Assembly (NCBI GenBank): GCA_963829055.1
Contig: CAWHHI010000020.1
Location: forward strand, 960,001 to 1,024,000
Direction of reading: 5' to 3'
DNA: 64,000 bases
DNA from: an uncultured Gemmatimonadaceae bacterium
GTDB taxonomy: Bacteria; Gemmatimonadota; Gemmatimonadetes; Gemmatimonadales; Gemmatimonadaceae
Shown: piece by piece, positions 55,671-64,000 of the stretch
Numbering within the stretch: the first letter of the stretch is position 1
How the letters are laid out: every line of letters starts with the position of its first letter
Translations under genes and position numbers: made by a program
Notes under the pieces: model-generated
Told to the model about the DNA's origin: nothing
Databases searched by the model: none
The model's input: the letters and a program-made list of their open reading frames with translations, nothing else

Positions 55671-56852
55671 TCACCGCCCACGCCGTCGTCCTGGCAGGTC
55701 CATTCGCTCGTTTAGAATCTCGGCGTATCGGCTATAGCTGAAGACGCGTCCACGCTGCTTGCGTGTGAGCTCGGTAACGATTCCCAGTCGCTCGAGTGAC
55801 GCCAGCGCCTTGTTGATCGTTGCTTGCGCCAGGCCGGTACTCGCGCCGAGCGAGGCGGCCGTCGCGATTGGCTGCCGTTGTAAGTCGCAATGAACCACGA
55901 GGGCGGAACTGGCGGCACGACCCAACCCTTCGATGCGGCGGCTGTCCGAGGACGCGAGTTCCAGAAGACGCTTGGCGGAGTCGGAGGCCGAGGTGGCGGT
56001 GGCGGCGACCGCGTCGCAGAAGAACTCCAGCCATGCCTCCCAGTCACCCGTTAGGCGGACCTGATTGAGAAGGTCGTAGTAGGTCTGTCGGTGTTCCTTG
56101 AAGTGGAGGCTGAGATAGAGTAGCGGCTCACGGAGAAGCCCATCGGCACACAACTGCATCGTGATGAGTAGGCGGCCAATGCGACCGTTGCCGTCGAGGA
56201 ACGGATGAATCGTCTCGAACTGCACGTGGGCAAGCGCGGCCTTGATCAGCGGCGCTGTTGGCTCGGGCTGATCGTGAAGAAAACGTTCGAGATCCCTGAG
56301 ACAGTCCTGGACCTCGGTCGCGGGCGGCGGCACGAACACCGCGTTCCCGGGTCTGGTCCCGCCGATCCAGACCTGCGTTCGGCGGAGTTCCCCCGGCGCC
56401 AGACTCGCGCCGCGGCCATGACCAAGCAATACCTTGTGGATCTCGCGTAGGAGTCTCACCGAGAGCGGGAATCCGGCGCGCACTCTTTCGAGTCCGTGCT
56501 CGAGAGCTGCGACGTAAAGGCTCACCTCACGCGCATCGTCAACCGGGACACCGGGCTGTTCGTCGAGCTCGTACAGCATGAGGTCCGCAAGCGAGGATTG
56601 GGTACCCTCGATCATGGAGGAGAGCACCGCCTCTTTCCGCACGAAGCTGTACAACAGCAGGGCAGCGTTAGGTAGCAGGTCGGCGATAGCGTCGAGCCGC
56701 CCGAGCGCGAGAAGCGCTGCGTCGTAACGCCGTCGCAGCGCTGGCGTCCACTGGACGTCCGGACGAGGCGGAAGCGGCGTCGGGACAAAAGCCTTGAACG
56801 GCTCATCCGCAGAGCGGACCTGTAGGTAGCGACCCTGCGGCGTGCAATGCAT
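55671..56852 (-). CDS. Fic-family protein with internal inhibitory motif and C-terminal HTH
   Basis: HPFLDGNGRIGR; SSMIEG. Confidence 0.95.
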   Translation of the reverse strand: MHCTPQGRYLQVRSADEPFKAFVPTPLPPRPDVQWTPALRRRYDAALLALGRLDAIADLLPNAALLLYSFVRKEAVLSSMIEGTQSSLADLMLYELDEQPGVPVDDAREVSLYVAALEHGLERVRAGFPLSVRLLREIHKVLLGHGRGASLAPGELRRTQVWIGGTRPGNAVFVPPPATEVQDCLRDLERFLHDQPEPTAPLIKAALAHVQFETIHPFLDGNGRIGRLLITMQLCADGLLREPLLYLSLHFKEHRQTYYDLLNQVRLTGDWEAWLEFFCDAVAATATSASDSAKRLLELASSDSRRIEGLGRAASSALVVHCDLQRQPIATAASLGASTGLAQATINKALASLERLGIVTELTRKQRGRVFSYSRYAEILNERMDLPGRRRGR

Positions 56853-56864
56853 TGATTCTGGAAC

Positions 56865-56914
56865 GTGAAATAGCAGGAGTTTTTATTTTACGATGTAGCC
56901 ATATGTTAAAATAG
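56865..56914 (-). promoter_or_regulatory. AT-rich fic promoter with TATTTTA/TAAAATA inverted repeat and a third TATTTCA half-site
   Basis: Minus strand reads CTATTTTAACATATGGCTACATCGTAAAATAAAAACTCCTGCTATTTCA. Confidence 0.5.
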
Positions 56915-57007
56915 GAACACGTGGCGGGCAAGGACAAATCAGTTCAGGGATCGCGCATCGGCGTGCTCCTGAGCTACGTACGCCCAGCCCGCGCCGGTTC
57001 GTACAAA

Positions 57008-58645
57008 TCACCGCTTCGTCAGCGTAGGACGGGTGGGACTTTGCGCGAGGTCCCAGCTCAGCTGATGCACGAGCTTCGCGATGCGCTCCATCTTCGGATA
57101 GTTGATGCGGTCCGCCGTGTCAGTCGTTAGGTGGTAATCGGGGTGCAGGCCCGTGTGAAACCAGATCGCCGGCACCCCGTGCTGGAGGAACGGCCAGCTG
57201 TCGCTGCGCCTCACGAGCTGCGACGTGTTGTTGTCGTAGTTCTTCTTGAACGTGAGACCGTACGCGGCATTCGCGCGCTCCGCGGCCGCGGTGAGCGAGC
57301 TCCGGCTCCAGCCGAGCAGCGTGACCGTGTTCTTGTTGGACTCGCCCGTCTGGACCGGAAGTCCGCGAAACCGCGCGCCGCCGTTCTCCGGCACCTCTTC
57401 GTTCCGACCGATCATGTCCATGTTGATCATGGCCACCGTGCGATCCAGCGGAACTGACGGCGCCTCCGTGTAGCCCCACGACCCCATCAGCGGCCCGCGT
57501 TCCTCGGAGTTGAAGGACGCGAACAGGACCGAACGTTTTGGGCGTTGCCCGTTCGCCGCTGCCTTCGCGTACGCTTCGGCGATCGCGAGCAGCGCCGCGG
57601 CGCCGGACGCGTTGTCGTCGGCGCCGTGGAAGATCGTGTCGCCGACCGCGCCGTTGTGATCGGGATGCGCGGCGATGACGACCCACTCGTTCTTGAGGCG
57701 CGGGTCCGATCCCTCGATCGCGCCGAGCACGTTGCGATCGACAACCGTCCGCCTAACGACTGACGCGGTGACCGTCACGCGAACTCCGGCAATGGCGACA
57801 GGCGGCGAGCCTTTCGCGGTCTCCGACTCACGGGCAAGGTCGGCGAGTGACTTCCCCGCTCCGCGCACGAGACTGTCCCCGAGCGCGACGGAGATCTGGC
57901 CGACGGGAATCGTGAGCTTGTCGGCCCACGCCGCGAGCGTGTACGGCAGGAGATGTGGTGGCTGCGCCGGCCAGTAGCCGCGCGACGCCGCCTCGAAGTT
58001 CTGTGCACCCTGATGATTCTGCACATCGGTCACGAACAGCACCGCCGCCGCACCGCGCGCCTGCGCCGCGAGCGCCTTCTTGAGCGGGTTCGAGTACTCG
58101 GTGGTGACGACGCCATCGAACGCGCTCGTGCTGTCGGTCTCGCCGGGCTCGTGGTCGAGCACGAGCAATACCTTCCCGCGCACGTCGCCGCCGAGGTCGT
58201 CGTAGCCTAACGGTTGAGCGGTGATGCCGAAGTGCGCGAATACGAGCTCGCCGGTCGCGGTGCCCGACGCGCTGTACCGTAGTGGGTAGAACCCGGTCGT
58301 CAGGCCATAGCGGACCACCTGATCACCACGTGCGACGGCGAGCTCGTTGGTGCCGCTTCCGAGCGCCCCGAGCGATAGGCCGTATGGAAGGAGGTAGGAA
58401 CCGTTCGCACCCATGGGCTTGAGACCGAGCCACTTGAAGCGCGACGCAACCCACTCGAGCGCGATGGCGTTCTCGGGAGTGTCCGTTAGGCGGCCGCGGA
58501 GTTCATCACTGGCAAGGAACTCGAGGTCGGCCCGCATCTTCTGCGTCGTGATGACGTCGCTGGCGGGCGCACGCGTGGACTTCGCTGTCTGCGCGCCGAG
58601 GAGAGCGGGAAGAGCGATCGCGATCAGTGCAGAGATACGACGCAT
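57008..58645 (-). CDS. M28 family peptidase with PA domain
   Basis: LASDELRGR, AHPDH, GADDNASG, SEERG, NMDMIGR, RSDSWPF, HPDYH. Confidence 0.93.
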   Translation of the reverse strand: MRRISALIAIALPALLGAQTAKSTRAPASDVITTQKMRADLEFLASDELRGRLTDTPENAIALEWVASRFKWLGLKPMGANGSYLLPYGLSLGALGSGTNELAVARGDQVVRYGLTTGFYPLRYSASGTATGELVFAHFGITAQPLGYDDLGGDVRGKVLLVLDHEPGETDSTSAFDGVVTTEYSNPLKKALAAQARGAAAVLFVTDVQNHQGAQNFEAASRGYWPAQPPHLLPYTLAAWADKLTIPVGQISVALGDSLVRGAGKSLADLARESETAKGSPPVAIAGVRVTVTASVVRRTVVDRNVLGAIEGSDPRLKNEWVVIAAHPDHNGAVGDTIFHGADDNASGAAALLAIAEAYAKAAANGQRPKRSVLFASFNSEERGPLMGSWGYTEAPSVPLDRTVAMINMDMIGRNEEVPENGGARFRGLPVQTGESNKNTVTLLGWSRSSLTAAAERANAAYGLTFKKNYDNNTSQLVRRSDSWPFLQHGVPAIWFHTGLHPDYHLTTDTADRINYPKMERIAKLVHQLSWDLAQSPTRPTLTKR

Positions 58646-58667
58646 GAAATCCTCTTGTGAAATGATC

Positions 58668-58828
58668 GTCATTCCGAGCGGCGTTGTCATTCCGAGCGGA
58701 TGATGTCATTCCGAGCGAGCGCAGCGCAGTCGAGGAATCGCTGGTCATCGCGTAGCAGAGGGCCCTCTACTCGGCGACAGTCGCGATTCCTCGACTCCGC
58801 CGCTGACGCGGCCTCCGCTCGGAATGAC
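58668..58828. repeat. REP/MITE-like element (same family as 27610), left end triplicated
   Basis: 3 x GTCATTCCGAGCG, GTCGAGGAATC, AGAGGGCCCTCT, GATTCCTCGAC, CGCTCGGAATGAC. Confidence 0.88.
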
Positions 58829-58830
58829 GG

Positions 58831-59745
58831 CTAGGGTGTGATGGGCCAGATAGTCACGTGCGCGAGCGGCGTGCGGGTCATCCGGCCGCGCATGGTCTTC
58901 ACCACGGAATCGAGCTCGAACAGCTCCGCGCGGCCGAGTGCCAGTGCATGCTCGTCCGGCTGATCGACGGTGCCTTGCGGGTAGTCGCGGAACGGAGTGC
59001 GGGTCTGCTCGATGTGTGCGCCGAGCAGGTGCGCGACGTCGTGGCTCCGCGTGAACCGGGCGAGCCGATCGATGCTCACCGCAAACGCGGCGGTATCACG
59101 GACGTAGAGACGGCCCGGGTAGAACGTGTCGCCAGTGAGGAGCACGCCGGTGCGACGATCGTAAACGGCGATGCTCGCCGGCTGGTGACCGGGGATCGGC
59201 AATACGTCCAGGACTCGGCCGCCCAGGTCGATCGTGGCACTGTCCTCGGGCCAGCGCGCGATCTTGAAGAACGCACGCACCGAGGCCGTATCACGGCCGA
59301 CGACGGTCGTTTCCGGTCGACGCACGAACTGGCTGTCGCCGGCGACGTGGTCGCCGTGCGCGTGACTGTGCGCGACGACGAGCTCCATCGGTGCACCGGC
59401 GCCAGCGTGCTGGGCCGCCCACGACCTAACGAGGCTATCCACGGGGCCAACCACATCGACGTGGCCAGCTCCCGTGTCGAGCAGTAGCGCGCGCTCGCGG
59501 CCGAAGATCAGATAGAGAAACGGCTTCTCGAAGTTCGTGCACGCCGCCTGACGCAGGATGAAGAAGTCCGGATTGTAGGCGTGCACGCGGATGTGAGGCG
59601 CACTGCCGCAGTCCGCGCCTCCGGCGTAGAAGCTGTCCGGCAGCCGGCCCGGTTCGAGGTGGCCGGTCTGGTCGGACGTGCGAGGCCCACGCGCGCACGA
59701 GAGCGCGGCACACACAACTCCGACGAAAACAAGAGATCGTGACAT
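58831..59745 (-). CDS. MBL-fold metallo-hydrolase lipoprotein
   Basis: LLLDTG, HSHAHGDH, PGHQ, LTGDT, GAHIE; lipobox-like AALSC. Confidence 0.9.
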   Translation of the reverse strand: MSRSLVFVGVVCAALSCARGPRTSDQTGHLEPGRLPDSFYAGGADCGSAPHIRVHAYNPDFFILRQAACTNFEKPFLYLIFGRERALLLDTGAGHVDVVGPVDSLVRSWAAQHAGAGAPMELVVAHSHAHGDHVAGDSQFVRRPETTVVGRDTASVRAFFKIARWPEDSATIDLGGRVLDVLPIPGHQPASIAVYDRRTGVLLTGDTFYPGRLYVRDTAAFAVSIDRLARFTRSHDVAHLLGAHIEQTRTPFRDYPQGTVDQPDEHALALGRAELFELDSVVKTMRGRMTRTPLAHVTIWPITP

Positions 59746-59780
59746 TGCCGGTATTATGGCCCATCTCGGTGTCGAGCGGG

Positions 59781-60589
59781 ATGTCAGACGAACGAGCGTC
59801 GCTACCTTCGTGCGGTGCGATCCTCCTCCGACTCTCGCTGTCCACACTCGCGGCACTCGCGGCGTCCAGCTGGCCCGTCGCCAACGCCGGCGCCCAGCGG
59901 CTCGAAGCCCTCTGGTACCTGCGCGGCGAGCAGAGCATCCAGTCCTTCCTCGCGAACGCCGACCAGATCGCGATCGTCGCTCCGCAAGTCTTCACGATGG
60001 ACTCGACGGGGATGATTCGCGGGCAGGTCGATCCGCGGGTGATCGAGACCGCTCGCGCGAAGGGCGTGAAGCTCATGCCGCTGGTGATGAATGCGGCGCG
60101 TTCGACTACAAGGCGCTCGCCGATACGCTCGACTTCATCTCGTACATGACGTACGCGCAGCACACGGGCGGCTCTCCTCCGGGACCAGTGGCGGGCTATC
60201 CGTGGATGAAGGCGTGCCTCGAGTATGTGCTGTCGCTCGGCGTGCCGCCATCGAAGATCTCGTTAGGCCTCGCCGCGTATTCGGACTGGTGGTACCCCGC
60301 CTACGACGAGACGAACGGCGCTCGGCTGCGCGGCAGCGACGTCTCGTACGTGCGCGTCAAGGCGATCCTCGACAGCGCGGGAGTGAAGCCGATCTGGGAC
60401 GCCACTCAGAAGTCGCCGCACGCGATGTGGGAGGTGCAGGACGTCTTCCGTCACGCATGGCTCGAGGACGCACGCGCATTCATGGCCAAGCGTGAGCTCG
60501 CGCGGAGGTATCGCCTGCGCGGCTACTCGGTGTGGGTGTTAGGCAGCGAGGATGCGGCGGTCTGGGGCCTGCTCAGGGCGCACCCGTGA
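59781..60589 (+). pseudogene. GH18 family protein with internal deletion of the catalytic segment
   Basis: N-part ends KLMPLVMN and abuts, in another frame, FDYKAL..MTY.QH..GPVA..KISLG..WLEDA..GYSVWVLG.ED; no DxxDxDxE motif. Confidence 0.75.
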
Positions 60590-60983
60590 CGGTCTCGGCG
60601 GGTGCTCGCAGGTGCGCCGCGGCCATCAGGCTGGGGAGCTGACGAAACCACTGCAGCGCAGTCACCAGGTCCTCTGGCGACTCGAGCTCCACGGTGCGCT
60701 CGTCGCGGCCGCGCTCGATGCGCACGTACAGGAGATGCTTGATCGGCAATCCGTGCCCGCCCTTCCCCGCGTAGAAGTAGCGATACGGGAGGACGACGGT
60801 CGCATCGAACGGCCGCGTTCCGAGAATACGCTCGATGAGTGCGCGTCCTGCCGCCGAGATGGCGAATCGGAACCGCCCCACTTCGCCTCCGCGATGCACG
60901 GACACCTCGGCGAATGCACCACGCGGCGTTTCACCCGCCTGGATGATCTCGGGGTCTTGAGGGTCTCGATCGTTCAGTTCCAT
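60573..60983 (-). CDS. Hypothetical protein
   Basis: AGGA RBS; 136-aa ORF with coding-like composition. Confidence 0.6.
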   Translation of the reverse strand: MELNDRDPQDPEIIQAGETPRGAFAEVSVHRGGEVGRFRFAISAAGRALIERILGTRPFDATVVLPYRYFYAGKGGHGLPIKHLLYVRIERGRDERTVELESPEDLVTALQWFRQLPSLMAAAHLRAPAETVTGAP

Positions 60984-61063
60984 GCGGTCCTGCCATCTCT
61001 CGGAGAGGTACGTTCACCAGCGTAACCTACCTCCCCGGCGCGACCACCGCTCGCGGCTGCAGC

Positions 61064-61288
61064 TTACGGCTTGTCGTGCCAGTGCCCGTGCGCCGCCGAC
61101 CAGACGCGACCGTTGCTCTCCTCGCCGTCTTTGTGACCACGAGTAGACAGGAACGCGGTCGCGATCAGCACGAGCGCGCCTAGAGCAACGAGCGCACGCG
61201 ACCTCAATCGCCGCCGACGTTTTTCGTGCTCCTCAGCCTCGCGGTTCAACTCCGCGCGCTGCTTGCGGTCTTCTCGCTTCGTGGACAT
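61064..61288 (-). CDS. Small membrane protein with C-terminal GRVWSxxHGHWH motif
   Basis: GAGGTG RBS; basic N-terminus, one TM helix, His/Trp motif. Confidence 0.8.
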   Translation of the reverse strand: MSTKREDRKQRAELNREAEEHEKRRRRLRSRALVALGALVLIATAFLSTRGHKDGEESNGRVWSAAHGHWHDKP

Positions 61289-61463
61289 TCGCGCGCCTCA
61301 CCTCGGATGAGGCAACGCTACGGTCGTTCGTGCGAGCCGGCAAGCGGTGCGCGTGTCATCCACGCCCAAGCGCGCCTGGAACCTGGGGGGTCGTCGAGCC
61401 GTACCGAGGGAACAGCGTGTGATGTGCACCTGACCGCACAACGGCTCTTCCCTGGAGAATTAC

Positions 61464-61832
61464 ATGCACTCCCTGCATCGACTACTCATCGGCGCGCTCA
61501 TTCTCGCGATGCCGGCCTCGCTGGCGGCGCAGAAGCTGACCCCCGGCACCTGGACCGGGACGATGTCCCCTCCGGGGAACCAGACGATGGACATGGCCTT
61601 CGACGTTCGTGTGAGCGGTGACACGACGAAGATCACGATGAAGGGCGGCGGCCTCGAGATGGAGGTCACCGGCGTCAAGGTCGAGGCCAACCGACTCCTG
61701 TTCACGTTTACGCCCGGCGATGCAACGGTCCAGTGCACGTTGCTGCTTCGCGATGACAAGAGCTACTCGGGAGATTGCGTCGATCTCCAGGGCGCCAAGG
61801 GCGTGATCGTCATGAAGCCACCGAAGGCGTAG
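61464..61832 (+). CDS. Small secreted hypothetical protein (paralog of 55261..55632)
   Basis: GGAG RBS; shares LTPGTWTG, FDVR.SGDTTKITMKG and DKSYSGDCVD.QG.KG.IVM.PPK. Confidence 0.85.
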   Translation: MHSLHRLLIGALILAMPASLAAQKLTPGTWTGTMSPPGNQTMDMAFDVRVSGDTTKITMKGGGLEMEVTGVKVEANRLLFTFTPGDATVQCTLLLRDDKSYSGDCVDLQGAKGVIVMKPPKA

Positions 61833-61858
61833 CCTGCGAACGGCCCTCGGAATGACAG

Positions 61859-63331
61859 CTAGGGCGTGCGCACCGCGACGCGCCCGACCACGCGAATCCA
61901 GTTCACGCGACCGCCGTCGTCACGCACGAACTCAATGGACTGGCCGAGGTCCGGGCCGTCCGTGACGACGGCGCGGTCGCGTCCGAAGAAGGCGATCGGA
62001 AACTCGCGAGGGGTGCCGTTCCCGGTAGGACGGTCCTGCACGATCAGCTTTCCGCCCTCGGCGCGCACGACGACCGTGTTGCTCGGGCGCGCGTATGAGC
62101 CCACGTACGGCGCGAGGTCGGGCTGCCGCGCGAGCGGCTTCACGGACGGCAGCGTCTCGACGAGCCCGCGATGCGCGATGCCCTGATTGAGCGCGTACGT
62201 AGCGTCGAGGTAGGACTTGAGCGCCTCGCGCTCGACGTCCTGTATGAGGCGCCAGCCGGTATTCGAGTTCGTCAGGATGGCGATGGCAAAGTTGCGCTCC
62301 GGCACGAGCTCGAGGAGCAGGATGTGTCCGCCTAACGTGCCGCCGTGGGAGAACGTGCGGATCGGGCCGACGTGGCGCATGTGCCACGAGATGCCGATCG
62401 AGTCGTCGGTGCTCTGCTTGGCGCTCTGCGCCGTGCGCATGAGCTCGAGGGACTTGCGCTCGAGCACGCGCTCGCCGTTAGGCGCGGTGCCGTCGCCCAG
62501 ATGGAAGCGCGCGTAGGTGAGGATGTCCGTGATGCAGAGCCCGACGCCGCCGGCGGTGACGCTCGCCGATGGCGAGAATGGACGCTGGAGCGTCGTCTTG
62601 CCGTCGCGTGTGGAATGGCCGGCCGCGAATCGATTGACGATGAAATCGCCCGGCGTCGTTCCCGCATGCTCGAGGCCTAACGGCTGGAACACGAGGTCGC
62701 GGATGGCGCGGTTGATGGACGTGCCCGTCGCGACCTCGATGACGCGCCCCGCGATGCTGAAGCCGGCGTTGTTGTAGCTCCACGCCTTGCCGGGCGGCGC
62801 GACCTGCATCAGGTCGGTGAGCGTCGGCGACGCGACGAAGTTCTCGAGTGTGGCGCTGCCACGGTCGGGACCGGAGACCTGCCCTTCCCAGCCGCCGAGG
62901 TGCGTGAGGAGATGCCACACGGTGACGTCGCGGCTCACGGTCGAGTCGCGCACGCGGAAGTTGGGGATGTAGGTCCGCACGGGTGCACGGAGGTCGACCT
63001 TCCCCTGCTCGACGAGCCGCATCATCGCGGTCGCGGCGAACGTCTTCGAGATCGATGCGATCGGGAAGACGGTGTGCGCGGTGACGGGCAGCGAGTCTTC
63101 GACGTTGGTGATGCCGAGTCCACGTGTGGTCACGGTGTTGCCGTCGATGATTCCGAGGGCGACGCCGGGGACGCCGAACTCCTTCATCTTCGCTTCGGTG
63201 AGCGCCACGAGCGCGTCGAAGCGCGGATTGCTGGCGGCTTGTGCGTGTAGCTCGCGGTCGCCGACAAACGGCATCGCGAGCACGGCGACCGCGACGTATG
63301 CCGCGGGTCGTCGACGAGGGAGAGTGCGCAT
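61859..63331 (-). CDS. Serine hydrolase, beta-lactamase/class C family
   Basis: F.IASISK (SxxK), LLTH, YNN, HGG. Confidence 0.93.
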   Translation of the reverse strand: MRTLPRRRPAAYVAVAVLAMPFVGDRELHAQAASNPRFDALVALTEAKMKEFGVPGVALGIIDGNTVTTRGLGITNVEDSLPVTAHTVFPIASISKTFAATAMMRLVEQGKVDLRAPVRTYIPNFRVRDSTVSRDVTVWHLLTHLGGWEGQVSGPDRGSATLENFVASPTLTDLMQVAPPGKAWSYNNAGFSIAGRVIEVATGTSINRAIRDLVFQPLGLEHAGTTPGDFIVNRFAAGHSTRDGKTTLQRPFSPSASVTAGGVGLCITDILTYARFHLGDGTAPNGERVLERKSLELMRTAQSAKQSTDDSIGISWHMRHVGPIRTFSHGGTLGGHILLLELVPERNFAIAILTNSNTGWRLIQDVEREALKSYLDATYALNQGIAHRGLVETLPSVKPLARQPDLAPYVGSYARPSNTVVVRAEGGKLIVQDRPTGNGTPREFPIAFFGRDRAVVTDGPDLGQSIEFVRDDGGRVNWIRVVGRVAVRTP

Positions 63332-63425
63332 GGGTTCAACCTACACCATGGTCACGCTGACTTCACGAAGCGCTGTTCGACAGCGAAGGCGTTGACGGGC
63401 CGCGTAACGCTCCGGAGATTGCCGC

Positions 63426-64000
63426 ATGACCTCTCGTCTTCGGTTCGTTGCGTTGTTGCTGGCGTTCGCCGGTTGCTCGTCGCCTGAAGGAAAGGGAACG
63501 GCAGGGCTCGCGGCGCTGCCATCGCCTGCCGGTCCGCGCAGCGGGGAGCCATTCCTCGCCACAGACGCTTCCGGCGCGGTGCACATGACGTGGATCGAGC
63601 GGACCGGCGACTCGACGCACGCGGTGCGGTACGCGCGACTGGACAGCGGCAACACGTGGTCGACGCCGACCACGGTCGTCGAGCGTCGCGATCTGTTCGT
63701 CAACTGGGCCGACTACCCCAGCGTGATCGCCACGCCGTCCGGTCGGCTGGTCGTTCACTGGTTGCAGCGCAGCGGGAATGGGCGATACGCCTACGACGTG
63801 CGCATCGCACAGTCCACTGATCGTGGGGTGACCTGGAGCGACGGGACCGTGTTGCACACCGATCGGTCGGGAAGTGAGCACGGGTTCGTGGCGACGTGGG
63901 TCGCGCCCGGTGATTCCGTACGCGCGGCGTGGCTCGATGGGCGGCACATGACGAGCGACAGCGGCGGTCATGGGACCGGTGCGATGAGCGTGCAATCCGT
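63426..64000 (+). CDS. BNR/sialidase-like lipoprotein (partial, runs off the window)
   Basis: My translation: MTSRLRFVALLLAFAGC..FVNWADYPSV..STDRGVTWS (Asp-box)..EHGFV..WLDGR; GGAG RBS. Confidence 0.85.
   Translation, partial: MTSRLRFVALLLAFAGCSSPEGKGTAGLAALPSPAGPRSGEPFLATDASGAVHMTWIERTGDSTHAVRYARLDSGNTWSTPTTVVERRDLFVNWADYPSVIATPSGRLVVHWLQRSGNGRYAYDVRIAQSTDRGVTWSDGTVLHTDRSGSEHGFVATWVAPGDSVRAAWLDGRHMTSDSGGHGTGAMSVQS

Noticed and set aside
55671..56920. fic gene as part of a prophage or integrative element
   Set aside because: Slightly lower GC, but no integrase, att repeats or phage genes; it also carries the host GTTAGG motif twice.

Overview
High-GC (about 68-70% by eye) bacterial chromosomal window. 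The gene content looks like Gemmatimonadota: BTAD/SARP-TPR regulator, '...ALADRYRI' Ser/Thr kinases, and many secreted peptidases and amidohydrolases. About 50 CDS, including tricorn and S41 proteases, M24/M28 peptidases, GH127, GH18, Mn-catalase, two VapBC pairs, Uma2, Fic, a REC-TrxB/cNMP-histidine-kinase pair, and an operon of DUF4956 + CYTH/Nudix-like-PPK1 fusion + kinase-like-Omp85 fusion. No rRNA, tRNA, CRISPR or transposase seen. About 13 genes are split by small frameshifts, most likely long-read errors. Most notable unexplained structure: (1) a non-palindromic motif (C)GTTAGGC/GCCTAAC(G), with about 78 GTTAGG cores (hand count) on both strands, mostly inside genes and imposing rare codons; (2) two copies of a ~250-280 bp fold-back element made of opposing arrays of a 17-bp unit GGCGCGAAATCCCGAAC; (3) the candidate polyphosphate/outer-membrane kinase operon; (4) 11-bp-periodic operator arrays (SARP-like, CarH-like); (5) two kinase remnants broken at the same DRYRI position. 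All family calls come from motif recognition, not database searches.
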